Numbered from the stretch's first letter, positions 1 to 13,674 are shown. The stretch is 64,000 bases of DNA from Octopus vulgaris (GCA_951406725.2 OX597814.1:198524001-198588000), one strand, 5' to 3'. Numbers and translations are program-made. Notes: generated by a model not told the origin, from the letters alone.

Positions 1-184
1 AATTATGTCGGGAGTTTACTTTTTGTTGTCTTAATGCCTAAATTATAATGCTAGTGCATTTCATTCTTCTTTCTTTCATATTTTTTTTTTCACTTTTATA
101 ATCCTGCTCTAGATTAAAATGGGGGAAGATTTGAAGTTTTTATGCATGGCTAAACATAATGTTGTGTACAGACTAAATCTTCAT

Positions 185-245
185 CTATGTTACACGTATG
201 TGTGTATGTGTGTGTATGTGCATATATGTATGTATATATGTATAT

Positions 246-295
<50 letters not shown>

Positions 296-340
296 TATAT
301 ATGTACATACATACATACATATATATATACAGACACACAT

Positions 341-371
<31 letters not shown>

Positions 372-411
372 CACACACACACATATATATGTACATACAT
401 ACTTACATGCA

Positions 412-463
<52 letters not shown>

Positions 464-671
464 GATACGCACGCACACACGCGTACACACATATATATCG
501 AGGTACATGCATATGTTTATTCATAAATATACACGTGATTAAATATTGTGTGCGTATGCGTGAGTGTAAGTGTGTATTAGCATGTGTGTGTGTCATAATT
601 AATATAAATTTGTGCATGAACTCATTGTAACGCCTAACACACACACACACATACATACATACATACATACA

Positions 672-760
<89 letters not shown>
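185..760. repeat. Compound microsatellite (TA)n/(CA)n/(TACA)n/(GA)n
   Basis: Directly visible; source of the YI/HT-repeat ORFs. Confidence 0.97.
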
Positions 761-1040
761 GGAGAGTTTACGAAAAAAAAACCCCAACAAAATACGAAGA
801 CAGGTGGTGTGAGAACAAACAGATGTATTAGTATAACGCTCGGGAAGTGAAAAAGTCTTTAACGTTTCGAACCTACGCTCTTCCACAGAAAGGAACACAG
901 AAAGAAACAAGGAAAGAAAATAAAGAATGTGTAGTGGCTAGTGATCTATCATGGCGGATGACGGACAGAAGGGTCACACAGGAGAGCTAGGGAGAAGGGG
1001 AGATAATAAAGTAGTGGTAATCCCAAAACAAAGGTGTGCG
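761..1040 (-). mobile_element. Penelope-like terminal fragment, family P1, with minimal hammerhead-like motif
   Basis: Minus strand reads cttt CTGTGGA a gagc gtag gttc GAAACGTT aaag; homologous copies at 20100-20290 (+), 31417-31610 (-) and 15155-15222 (+). Confidence 0.6.
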
Positions 1041-1143
1041 TGCATATGTATAAGACAGTTTATGAAAAATCTTTATTCAGCACTTTATGAAGAGGAAAAT
1101 ACATACATACATACATACATGCATACATACATACATACATAAA

Positions 1144-1175
<32 letters not shown>

Positions 1176-1189
1176 CACATATATACATA

Positions 1190-1398
1190 TAAAGTAAACA
1201 CAAAAAAAGGAACAAACACAAAAAACAACGCGAGAACGTGGTACATGTAAAGTATTAGTAGACGCTCAGGGAAGGAAAGAAAAGTGGTTTAACGTTTCGA
1301 GCAAAGCTCTTCTTCAAAAACAGAGGAAAGTCCAATAGAAAAGGAAGACAGGGGAATAAAAAATCACCAACGATTCACATGTGGTTATATTTTGAAAT
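1190..1398 (-). mobile_element. Penelope-like terminal fragment, family P2, with minimal hammerhead motif
   Basis: Minus strand 1287-1322 reads gttt TTGAAGA a gagc ttt gctc GAAACGTT aaac; flanked by TA/TACA repeats. Confidence 0.55.
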
Positions 1399-1407
1399 AT
1401 ATATATA

Positions 1408-2435
1408 TGAATTTAGTGTTCAGGTAGGCGTTCATCAAGTTCGGTTCCCAACGTCCTCCAGGCCATAACAGTGGAGTCCAAGACTAACTATCCTTGGGAA
1501 CTGCTATATATTGATGGTCTTGCTCTTACAGCAGATTCTGTAACAGAACTAGGGAAAACATTCCAGGTGTGGAGGTTAAAATCTGGTATTAAAAGACCTT
1601 AATGTCAAGTTAGCAAAGGCTAAGGTTCTAGTAAGCAAAAACACAGACAGGGCCCTTTCTTCATAAAGTAAATGACCCTACTCGATATATAGAAAAGATG
1701 TAGGCAGGAATTCCAAACAGTGTACCAGTGTAAGGTATGGACACACAAAAGGTGCAGTGGAATAATAGGAAGGCTATCAGAGAAGGTAGTGTTTGTATGA
1801 GGAAGATGCACTGGAGCCATAAAAACTACAGCTACTCGGGAAATCGATTTTCTCCAATGCCCCGGAGGCTTTTTAGAGGTAGTGGATAATTTCTGCTACT
1901 AGGGACCCAATTAACTGTAGGAGAAGATGCACGGAAAGTGTGTTTGCTCGAAAAAGAATTGGATGGAGAAAAATATATAGATTTTACTCCTGTTGGCAAC
2001 CACAAGTCTCTCTTTCCGAGGGAAAGGAAGATAGTATGATGCATAGATACGAATAGCAATGTTATATGATAGTAAGACGTGGGCCCCGAATGCAGAAGAT
2101 ATGCGAAGGCTACAGAAGAATGACGCTTGTATGTTCCGTTGGATGTACATCATTAGTGTGCTTGAGCGATAAAGAGCTAGTGTATTGATTGAAGAGTTGA
2201 ACATAAGAGAGAGAGAGAGGGCGGCACTAGTTTGGTCACGTAATGCGCATGGATGTAGACAATTGCATACAGAAGTGTCTATAATTTAAAGTGGATGGAA
2301 CTTGTATAAGAGGGAGACCCAGAAAGACATGAGACGAAGCACTGAAGGCCGATCTCAAGACACTGAGACTTAGGAAGGAGATGGCAAAGACCGAGATATC
2401 TGGCATCTGTCTGTACTCAAGAAGTCCCGCACGCT
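1408..2435 (+). pseudogene. Degenerate RTE-clade LINE (RT and C-terminus) with a PHD-like finger
   Basis: Manual translation gives FSVQVGVHQ, PWELLYIDGLAL (decayed YADD), CKVWTHKRCSG, FGHVMRM and RGRPRKT, with stops and frameshifts. Confidence 0.85.
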
Positions 2436-2449
2436 ACCGCAGAATTAAT

Positions 2450-2721
2450 AGTGGTGCTGGTTCCACATTAAAAGCATCCGTGTTGGTGCCACAGGAAAAA
2501 CATTCGTACGGGTGCCACGTTAAAAGCACTGGTGCTGGTGCCACATTAAAAGCACCCAGTATACTATATGGAGTGTTGGCATTAGGAAGGGCATCCAGCG
2601 GTAGAAACCACGCCAGAACAAACAATGGAGCCCACTGTGGCCCTTGGCCTTACCAGCTCCGGTCAAACCGTCCAACCCTTGTCAGCATAGAAAACGGATG
2701 TTAAATGGTGATAATGATGAT
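2450..2721 (+). mobile_element. SINE-like 3' portion with short internal tandem units and (GAT)n tail
   Basis: Repeated ggtgctggtgccacattaaaagca units, an aggaagggcatccagc motif, and an ending of gttaaatggtgataatgatgat. Confidence 0.55.
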
Positions 2722-2731
2722 CACACACACA

Positions 2732-2762
<31 letters not shown>

Positions 2763-2889
2763 GTTCTCTTACGAATTGAACTCCACTCCTCCGGTTTACT
2801 CCAACACAAACATATACAGACGCCCACACGCAAATGTATGCCTTTTAGCATTTGTATCTATATTGTTGAATGTGTTTATGTGTGTATGC

Positions 2890-2952
<63 letters not shown>

Positions 2953-3708
2953 TGTGTATATATGTATGTATTTCGGCATGTACTTATATGTATTTACACA
3001 TACACACAAATAATTCACAGAGTAATTCTGATGTCACTTTACCATGTAAATAGTACAGAGAGTTAAAGTGTTAAAATGGGAAGAAACTTATAAATAACAT
3101 TCTATATATGCATACATATGTATTTGCGCACACACGATATAAATACACGCACACACACATAATACTCACACACACACACACACACACACATCTATTTCTC
3201 GAAATTTTGAAATAAGATTCTTAGCTGCTTTAGAGAATCCTATTGGTAGCTTCCTCTAACCAGCGTTACTCTAATAAATATTACACCTTTTACCACATAC
3301 GGTTCTTTGTTACTTATTTTTATTAATATCTCATTCTTTAATACTTTCTCTCACACACACAGAGGCATGTGTGTGTCTGCATTGTGGGCGCATATTTCTA
3401 TGTATGTGTGCGTGTGTATTTGCATATATATGCATACATATGTATGTCGTGAATTTGAGATTGCTTCTAATTCTTTTTCTCTTACGCCTCTTATACCTTT
3501 TCATTCACTTTTAGCAATGGTACAATACAAACAGGAGAAACTCTTCTACTTCTTTCATTAGCGTATTCATTTTCATTGTATATATTCTTCCACTTTTGTT
3601 TCTTGTTTCATATTTTACAATTCTTCCACTATTTAAAAAAAAATCGTATGTCCTTTGCTTGTCCTGTTACCGTTTTGTTAGTGAGTTTTTATTGCAAACA
3701 CACTTCAA

Positions 3709-3768
<60 letters not shown>

Positions 3769-3769
3769 T

Positions 3770-3936
3770 TTTAAAAATTATATTTTATCCCCCCCTTTTT
3801 TTTGTCCTCTTTCTTTCCATTTACGATCCCTTTTGATCGAAAACCAAACCCTCTTCTTTTACCCCCAAAAGAAAAGCTCTACCTTGTAATTTTGTCCTGT
3901 CTGTGTGCAGCCCTGTGTGGCTAATAAAGAAACATA
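3770..3936 (+). mobile_element. Tx1/L1-like LINE 3' UTR fragment in (TATC)n
   Basis: Nearly identical to the 3' end at 4800-4955; (TCTA)n on both sides. Confidence 0.8.
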
Positions 3937-3961
3937 TCTATCAATCTATCTATCTATCTAT

Positions 3962-4952
3962 GAGTACCTGACCCGCCTGTTCAGGACGACTCTCGGGCCA
4001 GGGCCCATGGACAACTTCCAGAGATCCCTGGCCTGGCAGTGCTACCGAGAAGCGCTACCCGTTCGGGATAAGCTCTACAGACACGGCTCGAGAAACACGG
4101 GGCCGACCTGCCCGAGATGCGGTCAGAGCGACGAAACCGTTCTGCACGCACTCGTGCAGTGTCCAACAATTTCCGACCTGTGGGCTTATGTCGAACAACT
4201 GCTGTCACGTGTGGGACGAGTCGGTTTATCAGCTGAGTCTATCGTCAATATTGTCACGCCTCCTTCCTTCAAACGGGAAGGAAGAGCTATTTTCATCATC
4301 CTTGTGGCTATGGCGAAAGAATGTATCTGGTGGACGCGTCTGAAAGGATTGGAGACAAACACTTTCCTCTCTGGTCAATCTATCATCAACTTCTTCAAGT
4401 ACCACTTGAAAAGGAAAGTGAGAGTAGAGAGGCAAGTTTTGTCTAGCGAATGTTTTAAAAAAAGATGGGTGAATGTAGCAAGGATGGCACGTATGAATGA
4501 CGAAGCCACCTTGAGCATAATCCTATGAACCCAGAAATTGAAAACAGAGGGTTACCCACTTGCAAACAAATGTGGTAACATATAACAATATTGACCAAGG
4601 TTACCGTGGTCTTTTTCGTAGGCTTTTCTTCCCACGGATAAACCTTACTTGCTTTCCTCTTTACACCATATATCATAACACTTCCCCTTTTTTTCCCCTT
4701 TTTTCTTCTTTTTTCATTTCTCTTTCCTTTTGTTCCTTTTCCTTTTCTTTTTTCTTCTTTTTATTCCTTTTATTTTATTCAATTTTTTTTGTTTTTGTTC
4801 TTTTCTTCTCTTTTACGATCCCTCTTGATCGAAAACCTACGCCACCCCTTTTTTTTTTCTTTTGTTTTTTGTTCTCTTCATCCCCCAAAAGAAAAGCTCT
4901 ACCTTGTAACTTGTCCCATCTGTGTGCAGCCCTGTGTGGCCAATAAAGAAAC

Positions 4953-4955
<3 letters not shown>
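3962..4955 (+). mobile_element. 5'-truncated Tx1/L1-clade LINE: ORF2 C-terminal zinc knuckle (to 4528) and 3' UTR
   Basis: LAWQCYREALPVRDKL...CPRCGQSDETVLHALVQCP is a zf-RVT-like CCHC motif; pyrimidine-rich UTR with AATAAA; (TCTA)n flanks. Confidence 0.88.
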
Positions 4956-5045
<90 letters not shown>

Positions 5046-5629
5046 CATCCATCCATCCATCCATCTACCTACCTACCTACCTACCTACCTTACTGTCTAC
5101 ACACACACATGTATATATGTGTACACATTACAATTTGCATGTTGGCACAATCACAAACGCACAGTTACACGTACCCCCATCACTCTCTCTCTCTTACTCT
5201 CTCTCTCTCTCTTACTCTCTCTGTCTCTCCATCTCTCTCTCTCTCTCTTACTCTCTCTCTCTCTCTTACTCTCTCTCTCTCTCTCTCCGTCTCTCACATA
5301 CATACACGAAGAAAAAAAAGAGAATTGTCTCAGTATTTGTGGGCAACCGTGCGAGTATGGGTTTACGCTTTTGAGTCACTTCTTTTAACTGTATAAATTT
5401 TATAAGTTGTAGCGGCGGTGCAGACGAACAAGCAAGTGAAACTATCACTATTTGTTTGCATTTGAACTAGAATCTTCTCGTTTCCGTTTTCTGTGATCAT
5501 ATTCAGACCGTCTATTTGCAACAAATGGTTAAAAGAAATTTCCGACTGGTATTTGAACATACAGCAATATACTAATGCTGTTACGCAACAGTGCTTTGAA
5601 TGGTCGAGAGATATATACAATTAACGGTT

Positions 5630-5840
5630 ATGCTTGATGTATATAAGTATATATATACATATATACTTAAATATATATATATATATATTTATATATATAT
5701 GTATTTATATATATATATATATATATATTTGTATATATTTATATACATACTTATATATATATGTATTTTTATATATATATATATATTTGTATATATTTAT
5801 ATACATACTTATATATATATATATATATTTGTATATTTAT

Positions 5841-5880
<40 letters not shown>

Positions 5881-5894
5881 GTATATTTATATAC

Positions 5895-5940
<46 letters not shown>

Positions 5941-6007
5941 ATATATTTCTAGACATATTCATATATATATATATATATATATATATGTTTATATACATCT
6001 ATATCTA

Positions 6008-6066
<59 letters not shown>
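5630..6066. repeat. Degenerate (TA)n followed by (TATC)n
   Basis: Directly visible. Confidence 0.95.
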
Positions 6067-6067
<1 letters not shown>

Positions 6068-6794
6068 GTGTGTATTTAAGGATCATTGTTTTCAAATTTG
6101 TTATCCTGATTAAGTTTTGTATACTAGTTATGAAAATGAAACTCATTTCCCCCATAAATCCATAAATAAATGTTATCAGCTTTTAAAATTTACAAAATTT
6201 AGATATGTTAGCCAATCAAAGCAAGTATTTTACACATCATCGTGGCGAAGAAGTCTGTTCCTCTAATAACCAAAGCAAAGAAGCACCACGTGTTCTAGAG
6301 TTGATTGCAAAGAACTCTGTTTCCATAGTAACCAAAGTTGCTGCGCATGCGCACAAGGCGTGTAATCACCACTTGTTCTATAATTGTTTGTTTCCATAAC
6401 AGATGGAACTCGCACTCAACAATTTTAGTTTAATGTTTTAACATGCCGATGCCCCCGATGCCCTCCGCCTCCTTATGATAGAAGAGGCAGCGAACGCGCT
6501 TTTTTCTGATTGACTGAAAATGATCAAACTTTGAACACCTATAACATTTTTGAAAAACTTTTCTGGAATAAATGAATAACAAATTCGAATTCAGCATCGA
6601 AATTCACATCTATATGACACAAAAGAAAATATTTTTAAAGTTAATTGTAACCAGTAACGAAAAGCACAAACATCTGGAATTGCATAATATGACTCTCTCC
6701 AGACACGACATAATTTTCTTCAACGCACGAATTCACAAAAGAACCTTGCAAGCGAGATATAAAAATGAAGTATTTTTTCAACAATATTTCTATC

Positions 6795-6942
6795 CTCTTT
6801 TACTCTTTTACTTGTTTCAGTCACTTGACTGTGGCCATGCTGGAGCACCACCTTTAGTCGAGCGAATCGACCCAAGGACTTACGTTTTGTAAGCCTGGTA
6901 CTTATTCTATCGGTCTCTTTACGGGGACGTAAACACACCACC
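6795..6942 (-). mobile_element. SINE-B 3' part
   Basis: Matches the tail of full copies such as 42610-43005. Confidence 0.85.
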
Positions 6943-6954
6943 ATACAAACATAC

Positions 6955-7308
6955 TTATTTCTTTATTACCAACAAGGTGCTAAACATAGAGGGGACAAAC
7001 AAGGACAGACATAGGTATTAAGTCGATTACATCGACCCCAGTGCGGAACTGGTACTTAATTTATCGACCCCGAAAGGATGAAAGGCAAAGTCAACCTCGG
7101 CGGAATTTGAACTCACAACGTAACGACAGACGAAATACCGCTAAGCATTTCATCCGGCGTGCTAACGTTTCTGCCAGCTCGCCACCATACAAACATACTG
7201 CTAAGCATTTCGCCCGGCCTGCTAACGTTTCTGCCAGCTCGCCACCATACAAACATACTGCTAAGCATTTCGCCCGGCGTGCTAACGTTTCTGCCAGCTC
7301 GCCGCCTT
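6955..7308 (-). mobile_element. SINE-A with triplicated 5' head
   Basis: tRNA-like head ggcgagctggcagaaacgttagc and B-box-like gagttcaaattcc; a 60-bp unit repeats across 7130-7308. Confidence 0.88.
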
Positions 7309-7389
7309 GAGTGATTAAATATAACAAAATAAATTGTTATATGGTTATTTTTTTGCCGTGCTTGTACAACGAAGTGCTTGCATACATAG

Positions 7390-7600
7390 AAACATCCATT
7401 TAGGTACATATGGGCATGTCTAGTCATGCAGCTGTATGCGTGATGACAAAGACATACAAATTTGCACATGCACTGACTGGAAATACTCCACAGATACACA
7501 TATTTATGCACAAATACTCTGTTGATGTTGTTGAAATTAGGGTGCCTTAGGGTGCCAGTGAAGGTGCCCTTGATCTAGGTTGGAAACCGAAACTTTCTTT
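7390..7600 (+). mobile_element. Decayed 3' UTR of the R4-like element seen at 36590-37915
   Basis: ctgttgatgttgttgaaatt...gatctaggttggaaaccg matches 37838-37892. Confidence 0.55.
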
Positions 7601-7631
7601 ATACATACTTTCTATATACATACATTCTACA

Positions 7632-7664
<33 letters not shown>

Positions 7665-7778
7665 GTGCATGTGCATGTGTGCGTACATGCAGCTACACTC
7701 ATATTCACACACTCACACACATATATGCATAAATACATACATATATATATACACACACACGCGCACACACACATATAT

Positions 7779-7819
<41 letters not shown>

Positions 7820-8053
7820 CACTTATATATACATATATATACATGTGTATGTACATATGAATATATGTATATATATGTATATATACATATATTTATATAT
7901 AAACATATGTATATACATATATATATGTATGCATATATATACATATATATACACACATATATATATGTATATATATATACATATATATATATGTATATAT
8001 GTATATGTATATATATATGTATATATATGTATATATATATGTATATATGTATA

Positions 8054-8084
<31 letters not shown>

Positions 8085-8400
8085 GCATATATATATACAT
8101 ATATATACATAAATACATATGTATATATATATATACATATATATGCATATATATATATACATATATATACATAAATACATATATACATATATATATATAT
8201 ACATAAATACATATATATATACATATATATATACATAAATATACATATATATATATATATATATATACAGACACACATATATACATATATACTCATATAT
8301 ACATATATATACACATATATTTATTCATATATATATATACATACACATATATTTATTCATACACACACACACACTCATATATAATGCGTGTGTGTGTATG
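7600..8400. repeat. Long degenerate (TA)/(CA)/(TG) tract
   Basis: Directly visible. Confidence 0.95.
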
Positions 8401-8859
8401 AGCTCTTTTGCTAACATAGTATTTAAGCATTGTGTAAGCATCGTCTCAGCTGCGGGCTCTTTAGATTTCTCCATCTTCTGATTCCTGTGTCTACAAATGG
8501 CATTGTTTGTGTCTATTATTTCCACCTTTCATATTTGCCATAAAAATTCTACCAAGATTGAAAATGCAGGAAATATTCTTCCTCTGCTGTTATTGCTTCT
8601 GTTAAGGTTGCGTCAGGAATGGTTTGTTGCAGAAGAACAACATCGGAATGCGTGGGAGAGCATTGCTGCTTCCCTGGCAAACTGAGGAAAAAAAAGATTA
8701 ATAATTGGAAGAGCAGCAAGCACAGACACATAAACACACACACACACAGAGACATGCACACACACACAGACACATACACGCACACACTCATACACACATA
8801 CACACACACGCACAATATACACGCAGTCTAGTTACGCAAAGATACACATATATGCATTC

Positions 8860-8890
<31 letters not shown>

Positions 8891-9310
8891 TAGCATATAT
8901 ATATATATATATATATACACATACACACATATACATAAATACATACATATATATGTGTGTGTATATATATATGTTTACGTATAGGCGCACACACACACAT
9001 ATATATACACACACATATACGTAAATACGTTCATATATATAAATATATATATGTACACATATATATATATATATTTACGTGCACACACACACACATATAT
9101 ACGCACATATGTACATATGTACACACAAACATATATATATGCACATACATATGTACATACATACACATACAACACACGCACATGCATATAAACATATACG
9201 CTATCTTTCACATGTTTATTTATATACACTTATATATGCATGCTAACACGTATATACATACACTCATACACACTTTGATACGCATATATATATTATATAT
9301 TATTCCCTAA

Positions 9311-9593
<283 letters not shown>

Positions 9594-9910
9594 CACAGTA
9601 GACACACACACACATTCATATATATATATATATATGCTTGCCTTGCTGTCACGATCGTTTAGATATACAACTTGTTTGGCAGTCATCGCCGCCGCCGTCG
9701 TCGTCGTCGTTGTCATCATCATCATCATCGTCATCATCGTCATCGTCATCGTCGTCGTCGTGGTGGCGTTTAGTGTCATTACCCTCAGCATCATAATAAT
9801 CGCCATAACTAACCCCATTTTCTAAAGAATTAAAATGAATTTGCTTTATTGAACTGAAATAAACATTGAGAAACGAAGCGGATGTTATAGTAAGGAAAAA
9901 ACTAAAGCAG

Positions 9911-9948
<38 letters not shown>

Positions 9949-10016
9949 CATCATCATCATTACTGTTGTTGTTGTTGTTATTCTTCTTCTTCTTCTTCTT
10001 ATCATTATTCTTATTA

Positions 10017-10185
10017 AGGCAGCATTTCGTCCGTCTGTACGACCTGAGTTCAAATTCCGTCGAGTTCGACTTAGCCTTTCATCTTATCGGGATCGATAAA
10101 ATAAGTGCCAGTTGAGTACTAGTCGACGTAATCTACTTAGTCCTCTCCCCCCAAAATTTCAGGCCTTGTGCCAATAGTAGAAAGG

Positions 10186-10188
<3 letters not shown>
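10017..10188 (+). mobile_element. SINE-A with type-2 tail running into (ATT)n
   Basis: gagttcaaattcc...gcctttcatc...aaaatttcaggccttgtgccaatagtagaaaggattatt. Confidence 0.8.
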
Positions 10189-10480
<292 letters not shown>

Positions 10481-10812
10481 ATGAACCATATTAATTTATT
10501 ACCAAAGCGTGTACCACGGAAACTCGGTGAGCGGTGAATACATTTAATGTGGCTGGGATTTTGATTCACAGCAGATCTCGCAACTTCTCGCAACCCCCCA
10601 CGCAACACTTTCACATTAAACACAGTAATGAATCTTGACTGTTTCCATGGTAACGACACTAATATTAATGGTTTCATTAGCTGTCACACGCTACGGAAAT
10701 ACACGAAAATACAGCTCAAAATACTTTGGTCTTAAAAAATTCCATTCTTACTATGTATATATATATACAATACAGCATAATACAACACAAAACATATGCA
10801 CATGAATACATG

Positions 10813-10895
<83 letters not shown>

Positions 10896-11033
10896 ATGTA
10901 CACGTTTTATTTATTATTTTGCACATTACTTAATCATTGTTATATGTTTTATCTTCTGTTTAATATTTCTATAAGATGTAATTTTTCTAGATGGTATAAT
11001 TCAATTTTTCATTATTGAATTGATAAAAAGGTG

Positions 11034-11070
<37 letters not shown>

Positions 11071-11074
11071 TATA

Positions 11075-11258
11075 TAGAGGGTACCTATATTCATAGATAC
11101 CGCACGCTATTAGAGGGACCCTTGCGGTCAAGACTACTAAAATAAACAAGTTGTACCGAATGCAAAACTTCAAAGCAAGTCATTTAAAAAAAGGAATTTA
11201 GTTACATATCACCTGTGATTTCGCAATTAATGCAGAATATGCATTCCATGCTCATCAA
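11075..11258 (-). mobile_element. Penelope-like fragment truncated at a hammerhead core
   Basis: Minus strand reads TGATGA gca...aatgca tattc tgcatt...tgc GAA atcac ag gtgat A; the 5' side is replaced by an A-run. Confidence 0.5.
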
Positions 11259-11260
11259 AA

Positions 11261-11294
<34 letters not shown>

Positions 11295-11359
11295 TATGCT
11301 TGCCTTGCTGTCATGATCGTTTAGATATACAACTTGTTTGGCAGTCATCTCCGCCGCCG

Positions 11360-11414
11360 GGTGCCCCAGCATGGCCACAGCTCATAAGCTGAAACTGGAA
11401 TCAATCAATCAATC
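11360..11414 (+). mobile_element. Extreme 3' end of a CR1-like LINE
   Basis: ggtgccccagcatggccacagctcataagctgaaactggaatcaatcaatc matches the LINE end at 53891-53945 (-). Confidence 0.8.
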
Positions 11415-11434
11415 ATATATATATATATATATAT

Positions 11435-12153
11435 TTTGTGAAATAGAAAGATGAATAATCTTGTTGCAGATTAATCAAAAGTTTAACCGATACCTTGGTA
11501 GCAAAAATCACAGCAGAAGACAGCACGGATGGAGGTACAACCATATGGTGTTGCAACCATGCGTTGGTGCGGATAATTGAATTTTAATATTATTAGTGAA
11601 TTGAGGAAATGGAGTTGAACGAAGATTGAACAGAAATCGTTTTATTGCATTCTACACGTGTTTCGAAAGCCACAATTTACCAAATTCCGATTGAATAAGG
11701 AGACCATATTGTGTCTTTCTCTTCAGGAAGAAATAGGAAATCCGTTGGAAAAAACAAAAACAGAACAGAGGCGGAGCAAAACAAATCGAACGAGGCTCCT
11801 AAGAGCCCATGGCCAAACTGTTTATCAATGTATGTTGAAAACGGGTGGTGGGTGCGTTGAAGATTTTAACCGCTGCCTGACCTGTTAAAATCTTCAACGC
11901 ACCCACCACCCGTTTTCAACATACATTGATAAACAGTTTGGCCATGGGCTCTTAGGAGCCTCGTTCGATTTGTTTTGCTCCGCCTCTGTTCTGTTTTGTT
12001 TTTTCCAACGGATTTCCTATTTCTTCCTGAAGAGAAAGACACAATATGGTCTCCTTATTCAATCGGAATTTGGTAAATTGTTGCTTTCGAAACACGTGTA
12101 GAATGAAATAAAACGATTTCTGTTCAATCTTCGTTCAACTCCATTTCCTCAAT

Positions 12154-12159
<6 letters not shown>
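11435..12159. mobile_element. Fold-back Penelope-like element: ~276-bp inverted arms (11594-11870 and 11884-12159), 13-bp spacer
   Basis: Arms are reverse complements with a few mismatches; (TA)n on both flanks; one hammerhead per arm. Confidence 0.85.
12018..12110 (+). ncRNA. Type I hammerhead ribozyme motif (mirror copy 11643-11735 on -)
   Basis: tatttc-ttc CTGAAGA gaaag [45 nt] ctttc GAA acacgtgt A gaa-t-gaaata: intact core, three stems, GUA triplet. Confidence 0.8.
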
Positions 12160-12195
<36 letters not shown>

Positions 12196-12287
12196 TAGAT
12201 AGATATGTATATATCGGTCAAATTACCAAAACCGTTAAGTTACAGGAAGGTTACACCCGTTATCAAGCGGTGGTAGGACAAACACAC

Positions 12288-12318
<31 letters not shown>

Positions 12319-12339
12319 GACGGGGTTCTTGCCGTTATA

Positions 12340-12730
12340 TATGGGACAAGAACGAAAAACATCCAGACAGTTAGGTGATACAAAAAAGGGACAACAAAAC
12401 ATCCAGATAGACGATACAAAGAAAACAAGGACGGGTCATTCGGTGTTTTCTTTCATCGGTCGAGTTCCAGATTATCTTTGCAATTTCGGCTGGTTACATA
12501 TATATATATATGTATTTTTATTGTTGTATTTCGGGATGATAGTTTTTATTCTTTTTAAACAATTAAACACACGAACCATATATTTTTCTCCACTCGTTTA
12601 TCACTTTTCTTATTTTATTATTGTAACTCACGTCCACTGTCCGGAAATCTTTCGTCACATATCTGTGACCTCTGCAGCGTTACTTTTCGTTTTCGTGTGT
12701 GTTTTTGCTCTACTTACTCCATTCTCTTCC
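12340..12730 (-). mobile_element. Two adjacent TA-flanked Penelope-like fragments
   Basis: Internal direct repeat aaacatccaga x2; decayed motif CTGCAGA g gtcac..gtgac GAAA at 12649-12678 (-). Confidence 0.4.
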
Positions 12731-12859
12731 AAGATATGTATCCTTATGTGCGCATGCGTTTGTGTCCTTGTTTGTGTGTGTGAGTGTGCGTGTATCTGCT
12801 TGCGTGTGTGTATGTTTGTGTGTGTGTCCTACACGATAGTCGAGGGATTACTGACACAC

Positions 12860-12906
<47 letters not shown>

Positions 12907-12937
12907 CACACACACACTCGCATACATACATATATAT

Positions 12938-13090
12938 ATTCTTTTATTCTTTTACTTGTTTCAGTCATTTGACTGCGGCCATGCTGGATCACCGCCTTTA
13001 GTTGAACAAATCGACCCTAGGACTTATTCTTTGTAAACCTAGTACATATTGTATCGGTCATTTTTGCCGAACCGTTAAGTAACGGGGAAT
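12938..13090 (-). mobile_element. SINE-B 3' part
   Basis: Tail match to the family. Confidence 0.85.
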
Positions 13091-13100
13091 ATATATATAT

Positions 13101-13661
13101 CCTCAGTCGACTGGATTACTGCTCTCAGCTATGGTCACCTTATACTACAAGGACGATAGCAGGGCTTGAAGCAGTCCGACGACATTACACAAAGAAAATT
13201 GCATCAATGGAACGACTGAGCTACTGGGACAGATTGAAAGAACCACAAATCTATTGCCTGGAACGAAGGCGGGAGAGGTATGCAGTGATACATATATGGA
13301 AGATACTTGAAGGTCTGGTACCAAACTTTGGAATAAAGAGCTATACCAGACCACGAACAGGACGTCACTGTGCTGTCCCCACTGTACTGCAATAGCTTGG
13401 GTTTCAAGGGCCCACAGCTGTTTAATTGTCTGCCGAAGCATCTGAGGAGCCTCCATGGAGTGGATGTAGACGTTTTCAAACGTGAACTTGACCTCTGGCT
13501 CGCCGAGATCCCGGATGAACCAATGTCTAAGCAAGAAACTCAAAAGGGGGCATTAACATCGAACTCCATCCTTCACCGAAAGCCACTCCGATAAAGGTGG
13601 AAAGTGGAAAGACGATCGCAATGGCGGTGCTCCAGTAAGGCCACAGTCATTGGACTGAAAC
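13101..13661 (+). pseudogene. CR1-group LINE 3' fragment (ORF2 C-terminus and tail)
   Basis: SRLDYCSQLWSP, YWDRLK..LERRRERY..WKILEG, FNCLPKHLR..FKRELDLWL..PDEP; (TA)n flanks. Confidence 0.88.
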
Positions 13662-13674
13662 ATATATATATATA

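Noticed and set aside
7128-7308. Short direct repeats resembling a CRISPR array
   Set aside because: Spacers are identical, units are SINE heads, context is eukaryotic, no cas genes
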